Source of the DNA: Candidatus Woesearchaeota archaeon
Lineage (GTDB): Archaea; Nanobdellota; Nanobdellia; Woesearchaeales; GW2011-AR4
Direction: 5' to 3'
DNA: 64,000 nucleotides
NCBI GenBank assembly: GCA_016180235.1
Contig: JACPBQ010000003.1
Span: forward strand, 14,958-78,957
In this document: positions 18,485 to 27,380 of the stretch, piece after piece
How positions within the stretch are numbered: position 1 is the first letter of the stretch
How the letters are laid out: each line of letters begins with the position of its first letter
The notes under the pieces: generated by a model
Databases searched by the model: none
What the model saw: only the letters and a program-made list of their open reading frames with translations
What the model was told of the DNA's origin: nothing
Made by a program: the position numbers and the translations under genes

Positions 18485-18586
18485 GCGTCGATAAAAGAAT
18501 ATAGGCTTTTTAAACCTTTTGGAATATTTGATATTAAGGAAAAAACTTAAAAAGATAAGAATAGCCTTTGATTGCGGTGGTAAAAT

Positions 18587-18826
18587 ATGCACAAAATTAC
18601 CTTGTATCAATTCGAAGATTGCCCATACTGCGCGAAAGTCAGGGCTAAATTGGATGAATTGGGATTCAAATACAAAAAAGTCAATGTCGAAAGGGGCAGG
18701 GAAGACCCAAAAAGGAAGGAGATAGCAAAAAAATCAGGAGTTTTAACAGTTCCTGTAATAGAAATTGACGGCAAATTTATAGGGGAAAGCGATGTTATAG
18801 TAAAAAAGCTGGAGGAATTAAAATAA
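18587..18826 (+). CDS. glutaredoxin family protein
   Basis: CPYC, TVPVI, GES. Confidence 0.93.
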   Translation: MHKITLYQFEDCPYCAKVRAKLDELGFKYKKVNVERGREDPKRKEIAKKSGVLTVPVIEIDGKFIGESDVIVKKLEELK

Positions 18827-19522
18827 TTATTTTTTCAAATAAAACTCTTTTTTATTGTTATCCAGCCTTTCTATAGCATACCTCAGCATCGTCCTTGGCA
18901 TATTTTTATGATGCTTGTCTAAAAACTTCATCAATTCCTTTTCGTCCCTTTTTCCCATCTCCCTGAGCATCCATCCAACTGCCTTGTGTATCAGGTCATG
19001 GCTGTCATTCAGCAAAATTTCCGATATTTTTATGGTGTCATCAAATTTATGATTCTTCAAAAACTCAAACGTTGTTATTATGGCAATTCTCCTGTCCCAC
19101 AGACTCTGGGATTTTGCCAGTTCATACAATAATGACTTATCTTTGTTTATCAGATGCTTGCCAAGCAGCTTGTCGGCCACGCAGTCAATCAAATCCCAAT
19201 TGTTGCTCCTATTCTTGTGTTTGATATAAAAATCAACTATTTTTTGCTTTTCTCTTTCATTCGCTTTTTGGTATTTGTAAACAAGAATAAAAAAACCAGT
19301 AAGCCTGTGCTCATGATATTTATTGTAAATCAATTTCTTTAAATCAGAAAGCCCTAAATTCACGTATTTTTTGGCCAATTCTCTCTGCTCTGGCACGGTC
19401 AGCCCAAGAAAAACATCGCCTTCTCCGTACTGCCCTTTTCCAGTCTTAAAGAATCTCGCATATATTTTAGCTTTATCCGGATGTGAATGCTCCTTGATTT
19501 CTTTTGCTAGCTGATTTAACAT
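18827..19522 (-). CDS. DNA alkylation repair protein (AlkD-like)
   Basis: FFKTGKGQYGEGDVFLG, NNWDLID, HKAVGWMLRE, RTMLRYAIER. Confidence 0.9.
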   Translation of the reverse strand: MLNQLAKEIKEHSHPDKAKIYARFFKTGKGQYGEGDVFLGLTVPEQRELAKKYVNLGLSDLKKLIYNKYHEHRLTGFFILVYKYQKANEREKQKIVDFYIKHKNRSNNWDLIDCVADKLLGKHLINKDKSLLYELAKSQSLWDRRIAIITTFEFLKNHKFDDTIKISEILLNDSHDLIHKAVGWMLREMGKRDEKELMKFLDKHHKNMPRTMLRYAIERLDNNKKEFYLKK

Positions 19523-19524
19523 TT

Positions 19525-21588
19525 TTACGCTATCGTGCTCACATGCTCCCGTTTCTCAACCCTTATGACCTTGTCGACAAAGCTTTCTATCTTTGATTCG
19601 TGACTTACAATAACAATCTGCTTCATATTCAATTGATTCAGGATATCCCTTACCTTGTCCAGCTGCTCCGAGGAAAAGCCGTCAGTGGGCTCGTCCAGCA
19701 TCAGAATGTCTTTTGTCTTTATCCCGGAAACAACATCATTAATCACTTTATTCAAAGCTAATCTATAAGACAATGCAACAGAAGTTTTCTCACCGCCGCT
19801 AAGGCTCTCTATGCTGGTTTCATAGCCGTTCTGCTCCACTACCGGGGTAAACTCGTCATCCAGCCTTACAGAAATTGCCTCGTCTTCTATCAGGATATTG
19901 AACCATTCCTTGAATAATTCGTCAAATTCCCTGTGTACCTGCAGCATGACATGCTTTTCCATAGTGCCCATCAAATTCACAAAGTAGCCTTCAAGCCAGT
20001 TCTGCATTTCCATGAAATAGCCTAGTTTTTCCTTTGCCTCGGTTTTTTTCCTTATTTCTTTTTCTAATGCTGCAATGATCCTGCTCAATGACTCTTTTTC
20101 CTTTTCCAGGCTATTTTTCTCAAGGTCCAGCTTTTTTTCCTCTTCTCTGGAACTGTCCAAATCTGATTTTGCCTTCTTGTACTGCTCCTCAATATCTTTC
20201 ATTCCATTGATTTTTTCATTGATCTCAGATTTTTTTATGTTTATCTGCCCTATATTCTTCTTTATCTGCTCCTGCCTTTTCCCGATATTTTCTTTTTCTT
20301 CTTTTTTATCCTTAAGATTATAAATTTTTAATTTCAAAAGCTCAATTTTATTTTCTAATTTTCTTAATTCCTCTTTTTCTTTCTCAAATGTTTCCAGTTT
20401 TGCCCTGAGCTCTTTTTCTTTTTCAGAATAAATCCCAATATTTTCCTCAGCTTCTCTTAAGCTCTTGTTTTCCCTTTCAGTTATCGAGCTTTTATGCTCG
20501 TGCTCAACATCCTGCAAACATAAGGGGCATTTTTCAATCTCAGAAATCTTTTTTATTATATCCCCGGATATGTTTTTATTAAATTGAAATTCATTAATCT
20601 TTTTCTTTATTTCATCAAGCTCCTCATTTGCTTTTTCCATATTTTTTTTGATATTATTGGATTTTTCCCTTATTGTTTTGTCCTCCTTTATTGTTTCCTT
20701 GCCTAATTCATTTTCTAAAATTTCAATTTGTTTGGTTAATTTGCCGATAATATCATTATTCCTTGCCCTTTCATTTACAAGATTCCTCAATTCCGCTTCA
20801 AGAACATCCAAGCTGCTTTTCAATCTGTTAAGCTCACTGGTCTTTTTCTCAAAAGCAAGGATATTCTCTTTTTTTTCTTTTACGGATTTTTTCGCCTTTT
20901 CAGCCTTTGGAGCGATTTCTTTTATTTTTTCATCTAAGCTGGAAATTTCCCTGTCAATGCCTCCCTTTTCCTTTTTCTTTTCCTCCAAGTCAGAAATAAA
21001 GCCCTCTATCTCCCTCTTTTTTTCCTTTAATGCCCTTATGAAAACAGAGGAATTTTCCTTTATCCTTTTGTATCTGTCAATGTTGAACACTTTCCTTAAG
21101 GTGTTGAGCCTCATGTCCCGGTCTTCCATTAAAATGCGCTTCATCTCTTCCTGCGGCGTATATACCGTATACCTGTAAATCAAATCCTTGCCCTTGGAAA
21201 CAAGATCCTTTGGATAGCCCAATAAATCAAAAACTTCTGCCTTCATCTCAACAGGGCTTAATTCCTTCTTCATTTCATCCGTTATTATATAGCCCGTCTC
21301 CTGCTTTATTGCATCTTTCCCTTTTTTCAGGGTTCTTTTTATGATAATTTCCTTGCCTTCCATGTCAAACTTTAATTCAACAAAACCCTCTTTCTTTCCG
21401 TGCCTCAATAGAGAAGAAGCCGGCAATTCGCTTGGTTTAGAGCCGAAAAGGGCAAATTCTATTGCCAATAATATGGTTGATTTTCCAGAGCCAATATCCC
21501 CGGATAACAGCAAAGAGCCCAGAGGAAAATCTATGCTTTGGTTAAGATAGCTCCTGATATTGTTTAGTTTAATAGATTTTAATAGCAT
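19525..21588 (-). CDS. rad50: Rad50 ATPase
   Basis: Walker A GDIGSGKS, coiled coil with Zn-hook CPLC, LSGGE, LDEPT; start taken at MLLKSIKL. Confidence 0.92.
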   Translation of the reverse strand: MLLKSIKLNNIRSYLNQSIDFPLGSLLLSGDIGSGKSTILLAIEFALFGSKPSELPASSLLRHGKKEGFVELKFDMEGKEIIIKRTLKKGKDAIKQETGYIITDEMKKELSPVEMKAEVFDLLGYPKDLVSKGKDLIYRYTVYTPQEEMKRILMEDRDMRLNTLRKVFNIDRYKRIKENSSVFIRALKEKKREIEGFISDLEEKKKEKGGIDREISSLDEKIKEIAPKAEKAKKSVKEKKENILAFEKKTSELNRLKSSLDVLEAELRNLVNERARNNDIIGKLTKQIEILENELGKETIKEDKTIREKSNNIKKNMEKANEELDEIKKKINEFQFNKNISGDIIKKISEIEKCPLCLQDVEHEHKSSITERENKSLREAEENIGIYSEKEKELRAKLETFEKEKEELRKLENKIELLKLKIYNLKDKKEEKENIGKRQEQIKKNIGQINIKKSEINEKINGMKDIEEQYKKAKSDLDSSREEEKKLDLEKNSLEKEKESLSRIIAALEKEIRKKTEAKEKLGYFMEMQNWLEGYFVNLMGTMEKHVMLQVHREFDELFKEWFNILIEDEAISVRLDDEFTPVVEQNGYETSIESLSGGEKTSVALSYRLALNKVINDVVSGIKTKDILMLDEPTDGFSSEQLDKVRDILNQLNMKQIVIVSHESKIESFVDKVIRVEKREHVSTIA

Positions 21589-21633
21589 TTGCCCCCAAAT
21601 AATAAGAATCATGCCTATTTATTTTAAAGTTTC

Positions 21634-22599
21634 CTATCCCAGTTTCCTCTTCATATTCTCAATTATATTCACAGGAGTCGGATCTACCCTGTTCCAGACT
21701 GCAAGGTAATAAGAGACAAAATCACCCAAATAAATTGCAGACAGCATCCTTGCCAACAAGCTTCTGCCTTGAACCTGCACTTCCTCCACGTTCATCTTTT
21801 CTTCCATTATCTCCTTGCATATGTCCATTCTTTTTTTAATGCCCTGCCTGTCGTTCTTGTCCCTGAGCAAAACAGCAGCAAATTTCCTGTCCATTCCCTG
21901 GTAGCCGGCAATTTCATTATGGTTCATCTCAGAGAAAACATTGTGGAAAGCAGGCAATTTTGCATTCTCATTAATCTGCGTCTTCCACCTGAAAGCGACA
22001 GGCCCCAAAGCCTCTGAAGCATAGATTATTGGTATCTTATCCCTGAGCTTTTTTGATAATTGCTGGCCTTCCTCCTCAAACTTCTTTGTGTTTTTAAGGA
22101 CTTCAAGCACCTCGTTTAGATCATCATTTCTTACTTTTGCAATTCCAGTATTGTGCAATATACCAAGCATTGGGAAAAACAGGTAGCCTAAAGCTGCTCT
22201 TGGCTGCAATCCTGAAGGCACCTTTACCACCTTCTCGCATTCATCTCCTAATTTTCCTCCGGAAGTTATCCCTATTATCTTTGCCTTTTTTTCGTAGGCA
22301 TCATAATATGATGATAAAGTTTCCTCGGTATTGCCAGAGTAAGAAACAGCAAAGACTAGGCTATTTGAATCAACAAAGCTAGGCACCTTATAATCGCGGC
22401 TGACATAAACGGGTATTTTGGAGTCTTGCATGTAAACCCTCAGCAAGTCTCCTCCAATAGCAGAGCCACCCATTCCCGCAACTACGATGTTCTTTACCTC
22501 TCCGGGAACAGAAAGGCCTTTTGGCAATGCTAAAGCTTCCCTGCATTGTTTTGGGAAATCCTTTATTACCCCAAGCATGTTCTGGCTGTCTACTACCAT
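21634..22599 (-). CDS. bifunctional phosphoglucose/phosphomannose isomerase
   Basis: GMGGSAIGG, SYSGNTEET, QPRAA, QINENAK, EMNHNE. Confidence 0.93.
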   Translation of the reverse strand: MVVDSQNMLGVIKDFPKQCREALALPKGLSVPGEVKNIVVAGMGGSAIGGDLLRVYMQDSKIPVYVSRDYKVPSFVDSNSLVFAVSYSGNTEETLSSYYDAYEKKAKIIGITSGGKLGDECEKVVKVPSGLQPRAALGYLFFPMLGILHNTGIAKVRNDDLNEVLEVLKNTKKFEEEGQQLSKKLRDKIPIIYASEALGPVAFRWKTQINENAKLPAFHNVFSEMNHNEIAGYQGMDRKFAAVLLRDKNDRQGIKKRMDICKEIMEEKMNVEEVQVQGRSLLARMLSAIYLGDFVSYYLAVWNRVDPTPVNIIENMKRKLG

Positions 22600-22688
22600 T
22601 TTAATATACGATTTTTTAGATTTAAGTATATATAATTTGTTATTTTAGAATTATTTTTTTATGATGCAGCAGGAGTAATTTTATAGGC

Positions 22689-22973
22689 TCATCTTAATTC
22701 GCTTCTAAGCTCCTTCCAAACTGTGCTCCATAGCCTGCGTTTGCCAAGCTTTGTTACAATACTTTCCTCTAAATTAACTTGCTTTAGGAGGCTTGCAAAT
22801 TTCTTTGAAAGATCCGGCAATCCGGAAAAATCATTTCTTGACAATTTACTTTTTAATTCTTCTAAGCATTGATACATGCCCCTAATCTGAATATCCTCTG
22901 CCCTTAGGACACTTTCAATTTCTGCAATGGCTCTAAGTTCTCTTTTGCTCCTCCAATTTTGGAACCATCCCAT
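22689..22973 (-). CDS. hypothetical protein
   Basis: 94 aa ORF with a TATA-like element upstream. Confidence 0.6.
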   Translation of the reverse strand: MGWFQNWRSKRELRAIAEIESVLRAEDIQIRGMYQCLEELKSKLSRNDFSGLPDLSKKFASLLKQVNLEESIVTKLGKRRLWSTVWKELRSELR

Positions 22974-23156
22974 ATGCGGAAATATTTGATTATATATTTA
23001 TAAAATTATCTACTTTTCCTGAGCTTTGATAAATAAAAATAAACAACAACCTTTATAAATAAAAACCTTATCCTTTCATTTAAGGAAAATGTAGGTAGTA
23101 GCTTACCTGAATTCCGGCATATAATCTAAGAATCAATTTTGAATGGAGGCTCTAAG

Positions 23157-23741
23157 ATGGGAATGTACCAGCATATAAGGCAGCTTTGGAAGCAGCCAAG
23201 TGACGATTTAAAGAATATTCTAAGGCAAAGGCTTATTGAGTGGAGAAGAGAAGAGTCTACTGTAAGGATTGAAAGGCCAACAAGATTGGATAGGGCGCGT
23301 TCTTTGGGCTATAAGGCAAAACAGGGCTTTGTTCTCGTAAGGCAAAGGGTTCCCAGAGGCGGAAGGCAAAGGGAAACTATAAGGAAAGGAAGAAGAAGCA
23401 AGCACTTTGGCAGGAGAAAAAACGTTGACAAGAACTACCAGCAGGTTGCAGAGGAAAGGGCAGTGAAAAAATACCCTAATTGTGAAGTCCTAAACAGCTA
23501 TTATGTCGCGGAAGACGGGATTTATTCCTGGTATGAGGTAATCCTTGTAGACAAGGCTCATCCCCAGGTTCTTGCAGACAAAAACCTGAACTGGATTGCG
23601 ATGCCGCAGCACACAAGAAGGGCTTTTAGAGGCCTGACTTCCTCAGCAAGAAAAAGCAGGGGTTTAAGGATCAAAGGCAAAGGCGCAGAGAAGCTAAGGC
23701 CAAGCAGGACTGCCAATATTAGGCGCAGAAAGCAAATTTAA
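23157..23741 (+). CDS. rpl15e: 50S ribosomal protein L15e
   Basis: RPTRLDRARSLGYKAKQG, EVLNSY, RGLTS. Confidence 0.97.
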   Translation: MGMYQHIRQLWKQPSDDLKNILRQRLIEWRREESTVRIERPTRLDRARSLGYKAKQGFVLVRQRVPRGGRQRETIRKGRRSKHFGRRKNVDKNYQQVAEERAVKKYPNCEVLNSYYVAEDGIYSWYEVILVDKAHPQVLADKNLNWIAMPQHTRRAFRGLTSSARKSRGLRIKGKGAEKLRPSRTANIRRRKQI

Positions 23742-23790
23742 GTTTTATTAGCATAAAATTTAAATACATATCCCCCTAAAGATGTATTTT

Positions 23791-23931
23791 ATGATAAAGC
23801 TGCAATGCGGAAAGTGCAATTACGAGTTCGAGAAGGAAAAAATGCCTAACAGGTGCCCTTACTGCGCCGCAGAGGACACAATAGAGCCCTATAAGACAGC
23901 ACAGGACTGGCTGGAAGAATCGGATATTTAG
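23791..23931 (+). CDS. 46-aa zinc-ribbon micro-protein
   Basis: hand translation MIKLQCGKCNYEFEKEKMPNRCPYCAAEDT...; two CxxC motifs. Confidence 0.8.
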   Translation: MIKLQCGKCNYEFEKEKMPNRCPYCAAEDTIEPYKTAQDWLEESDI

Positions 23932-24001
23932 AGTTCAAGCTTAAGGCCTTTTAGGCTTCTTCTTATCATGTCCAAATAACCTTCTGCATCCTTTTTGCTG
24001 T

Positions 24002-25513
24002 TTATTTCTCCTTAAAATCAAAGTCACTGAACAAATGTGATGTTTCCTTTTCAGGCTTTTTGCCTTTTATTTTTTGTATTATAAAATCCCTGCTGTAATA
24101 TGTTACAACACCCAGGATTATTGTGACAAGGATTACTGAAGCAAGCTTTGGTTTTGAGACAACATAATTAGCGGTGCTTACTACGGCTCCTGCAATGGAC
24201 TTCAAGCCATCGGCCGTTTTCTTTATCGCATCCCTTTTGTCCTCAATCAGGACATCTTTTATCACATTTACGGGCCCAAATGATTCCTGCAGAGTCTCAT
24301 TGCCCGTGCTGTTATCTTTTTTCCCAACCGCTTCTTCCGGCAGAACCACATCATAAGTTCCCCCCGGGACTTCCTCTGAAAGGTCTATTGCGATGATTTC
24401 TCCGGGCTTAAGATTTAATTTTTTGTTAATTAGGTACTTTTTATCATTGCTTTCAAGTATTATGGTAGTTTCATCCTCATAATCCACATTGCCTGTATTT
24501 TCCACATTTACAATGCTGTTTTCCTGCTTCATTTCAATCTTTTTTACAATAACTACTGTAAAAGTGCTTTGCTCAACTACTCCATCGTAAGAGCTCAATA
24601 GGAAGTAAACTCCAGGTTCCTGGTTTTTTTCAATTCCAAGCTCAAACTGGCCTGAGCTTTGGACTTCTTTTTCAGCAATTGGGTTTTCTTCGGGATCAAA
24701 TACCTTTACATTGATGCTGCTGGCATTTATCAGCCTGCTTGTGTGGTCATAAAGGGCAATCCTTGCCTTTAAGGTGTCTTCCGGCATAAGCACATTATTC
24801 TCCATGTCGTTCTGGATGCTTGTCGGTATCTGGGGTATTTCAACCTTGAGTGTTTTTTCCCCCTTGTTGCTGTACCTGTCTGTTGCGGAAATGGCTATCT
24901 CATAATCCCCTGCTTCGGTATTTGCATCTATATGGAGCAAATGCTCCAGTTTTCCTGCTGTGATATTGCCACTTTCCTGATTATCTCTGAACTTTATGGA
25001 GAATTCCCCTTTTGACATTACTTCTCCGCTGGCTTTTCTCGCATCCGCTGAAATAAGGAGGTCCTTTCCCGGCTCAGAATGCAAATCTTCTCCTGTTGCT
25101 ATGTCTATCAGGCTGCTTACCTGGAAATCTGTAGAGGATGCAGAATCGGTATTTGTCCCGTCATTGCTGTCCAGGCCTGCTTTAATTGTGCATGTTCCTA
25201 TCATCGGGCTGGATAATGCCAGTTCAGGGACCTGCACCTGAGTCCTTACGTTTGCCTCTAAGTTGATTGGTGTCGTATAATACTGCAGATTGTAGTTATC
25301 GCATACCAGGTGCAGCTTGAAGAAGCCGTCATGGTCCTGCTCTTCCTTGATGGATATGTCCGGGATTATTTTTTCCCCCAGGTTGTAGGTTTCCTTGTTT
25401 GGCAGAGTTATGCTTATCTCTGCAAAAGCGCCTGGAATAAGGGCTATAAGCAAAAAATACAGAAATGCAAGCCTCTTTGTTTTTTTCATGACAACTTTCT
25501 GGTAATAACTCAT
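24002..25513 (-). CDS. cell-surface protein with Ig-like domains and a C-terminal TM anchor
   Basis: signal peptide AFA, acidic beta-rich body, C-terminal hydrophobic helix. Confidence 0.8.
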   Translation of the reverse strand: MSYYQKVVMKKTKRLAFLYFLLIALIPGAFAEISITLPNKETYNLGEKIIPDISIKEEQDHDGFFKLHLVCDNYNLQYYTTPINLEANVRTQVQVPELALSSPMIGTCTIKAGLDSNDGTNTDSASSTDFQVSSLIDIATGEDLHSEPGKDLLISADARKASGEVMSKGEFSIKFRDNQESGNITAGKLEHLLHIDANTEAGDYEIAISATDRYSNKGEKTLKVEIPQIPTSIQNDMENNVLMPEDTLKARIALYDHTSRLINASSINVKVFDPEENPIAEKEVQSSGQFELGIEKNQEPGVYFLLSSYDGVVEQSTFTVVIVKKIEMKQENSIVNVENTGNVDYEDETTIILESNDKKYLINKKLNLKPGEIIAIDLSEEVPGGTYDVVLPEEAVGKKDNSTGNETLQESFGPVNVIKDVLIEDKRDAIKKTADGLKSIAGAVVSTANYVVSKPKLASVILVTIILGVVTYYSRDFIIQKIKGKKPEKETSHLFSDFDFKEK

Positions 25514-25600
25514 TTATATATTTTACTGTTGTAGATACAGAGTAATCTCAAGTTAAATGTGTTTTAAAATTATTTTCAATCTGCCTTCTGCATATTTAGT

Positions 25601-25737
25601 GCGAGGCATCGCTGTCTTGCCATGCACAAAAATCTAAGATTTTTGGCACGTGAAAATGCTCTGCATTTTCTGTGCTGGAAACTTTGTTTCCATGCATCCT
25701 GAAAATCTTTGATTTTCATGACATCGCTCTGCCTCGC
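25601..25737. repeat. nested palindromic element (terminal IR GCGAGGCA/TGCCTCGC enclosing four hairpins)
   Basis: CAAAAATC-TAA-GATTTTTG; GAAAATGC-TCT-GCATTTTC; GGAAAC-TTT-GTTTCC; GAAAATC-TTT-GATTTTC. Confidence 0.85.
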
Positions 25738-25741
25738 CTAT

Positions 25742-26569
25742 TCATTCAAAAAACCTGTCGCTTCTTTTAAATTCGATGTTATTATTTTTTAACAAATCAA
25801 GAATTCTCTGCTTTTCCTTGCCCAGGCCTTTCCAGTCCAATAATGCGAATTTCGGCTTTGGCATTGTTTTTTTCAGCAATTGTTTTAAAATATCCTCATT
25901 GAAATTTTCAAAATTATGCTTTGGCAGGATATGGCCGACTGCAAAATCAGTCTTTAGCATTGTTTTGTTTGCAACATGGTTGTAATGAGTGCCGCCAATT
26001 ACGAAAACGCTTTCATAGGATTTGTTTTCATCACGCAAAACGTTCATCAAAGTTTTTACGTAAATTTTAGCGCCTTTCTTGTCGTTCCAGTGCTTTTCAG
26101 TGCTTCCCAGCTCAAAAAACAAAATAGGCTTTTCCATGAAAGGGCCGTGGTGCGTGGCTTCCAAAGTTGCTTCATACCCTGTTCCATTGACATTATTGCT
26201 CAATTCCAGAAAAATATCCTTTAATAGATTAGATGGGCAAATGCATAATGTTTTTTCTTTCCCTCCTTTCTCATTGTTGCCAAAATTGCCGATAGGATGG
26301 CATGTCAAAGAAGCCCTGCCGTCAGCTGCCTTGTGCTTTGACAGGAAAATGAACACATCAGCATCAATTTTCTTGTCCAAATCATTGGCAAATATCATTT
26401 CAGTATCGATTGTATACAATTTGATGTCTTTATTGTCAATTAAGTAGCCATAAATATCTTCATTGCCGAATTTATTTTCCAATCTAACAAATCCAGAATC
26501 ATTGAGAAGTGTTTCCTTAATATTCACAGACGCTGGGTCTTTTGTTGATGAAATTAGCGCTATTTGCAT
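25742..26569 (-). CDS. dtdA: archaeal D-aminoacyl-tRNA deacylase (DTD2/GEK1 type)
   Basis: DPASVNI, LSKH, LTCHPIGN, EATHHGP, FFELGS, GGTHY. Confidence 0.93.
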   Translation of the reverse strand: MQIALISSTKDPASVNIKETLLNDSGFVRLENKFGNEDIYGYLIDNKDIKLYTIDTEMIFANDLDKKIDADVFIFLSKHKAADGRASLTCHPIGNFGNNEKGGKEKTLCICPSNLLKDIFLELSNNVNGTGYEATLEATHHGPFMEKPILFFELGSTEKHWNDKKGAKIYVKTLMNVLRDENKSYESVFVIGGTHYNHVANKTMLKTDFAVGHILPKHNFENFNEDILKQLLKKTMPKPKFALLDWKGLGKEKQRILDLLKNNNIEFKRSDRFFE

Positions 26570-26607
26570 TCATACAGCAAAAGAGCAATACTTTAAATAA
26601 CTTTTTA

Positions 26608-26710
26608 TAAGTAAATAAATAAGTATAAATATAAGTAAATAATTTAATTCAAAAGCAAGTTCAAAACAAAACTTTATATATAAGTATTTTAATAAGTATT
26701 AAAATAAGTA
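26608..26710. promoter_or_regulatory. two triplets of TAAGTA with exact 12-bp period in a divergent promoter region
   Basis: copies at 26608, 26620, 26632 and 26681, 26693, 26705. Confidence 0.7.
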
Positions 26711-26716
26711 AATAAT

Positions 26717-26884
26717 ATGGCTACAGACTTCAAGAGGAAACTATACAAGCGCGGCTCTAGTTATGAAACTACTCTTCCTATGCCTTTATTATTTGCCTTG
26801 GATAAGAACAAGAAATACAATGTTGTCTTCTCCTTTGATGCTGATGCCAATAAATGGTACATAAAATTTGAGGAGCTAAAATAA
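26717..26884 (+). CDS. 55-aa AbrB/MazE-like DNA-binding micro-protein
   Basis: hand translation MATDFKRKLYKRGSSYETTLPMPLLFALDKNKKYNVVFSFDADANKWYIKFEELK; RKL..RGSS...TLP pattern. Confidence 0.75.
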   Translation: MATDFKRKLYKRGSSYETTLPMPLLFALDKNKKYNVVFSFDADANKWYIKFEELK

Positions 26885-26906
26885 AAAATGAAAATGAGGT
26901 GGTCGG

Positions 26907-27266
26907 ATGTACAGGTTTAAGCAGTTTTTGGACAGCCTGGAGCATTATGAATTAAATGCTTTAAAGCAGCAGGTAGAGAAGGGAAAGCTGGACATTGTGA
27001 AGGAAATAAATGGAAAGATAAAGCAGCATGAAAAGCAGCATGCAAGGGACTGCACAACGTGCTCTAACAGCCTGGACCCTTACAACACCAACAACTACAC
27101 GATAATGTTTGGCCAGGAAGATTTCAAAAAAAAAGCCTCTTTTTGCGGTTTAGACTGTTTGGAATATTTCTTAAAAAACTTAAAACAAACCAAAGAGGGT
27201 GCTGGGAAAACAGAGTTTTCCGGCACCAACTCCGTTGGTGATAAAAATGCAGAAAAAATTGAATAG
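26907..27266 (+). CDS. hypothetical protein with a CxxC...FCxxxC metal-binding (TRASH/YHS-like) motif
   Basis: CTTC and FCGLDC; SD GAGGTGG. Confidence 0.8.
   Translation: MYRFKQFLDSLEHYELNALKQQVEKGKLDIVKEINGKIKQHEKQHARDCTTCSNSLDPYNTNNYTIMFGQEDFKKKASFCGLDCLEYFLKNLKQTKEGAGKTEFSGTNSVGDKNAEKIE
27199..27240. repeat. palindromic element in frame within the 3' end of the CDS
   Basis: GTGCT-GGGAAAAC-AGA-GTTTTCC-GGCAC-CAAC-TCC-GTTGGTG. Confidence 0.8.
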
Positions 27267-27378
27267 CTTCCTTAAAAAAGAGATTGAGAAGTTCAAGGAC
27301 ATAAAATACATTGAAGGGATTACATTCCAGCAGATAAAGAAGCTTTCTGTAGAGGATGACGATTACCAGATAAACTGA
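27247..27378 (+). CDS. 43-aa micro-protein MQKKLNSFLKKEIEKFKDIKYIEGITFQQIKKLSVEDDDYQIN
   Basis: SD GGTGA; fills the gap up to the ATPase start. Confidence 0.55.
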   Translation: MQKKLNSFLKKEIEKFKDIKYIEGITFQQIKKLSVEDDDYQIN

Positions 27379-27380
27379 AT

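Noticed and set aside
23928-24001. Short - strand frame SKKDAEGYLDMIRRSLKGLKLEL after the surface protein
   Set aside because: No start codon or SD at its 5' end; at most a gene remnant.
26608-26710. CRISPR array
   Set aside because: Repeats are 6 bp with 6-bp spacers and there are no cas genes; no CRISPR-like array was seen anywhere in the window.
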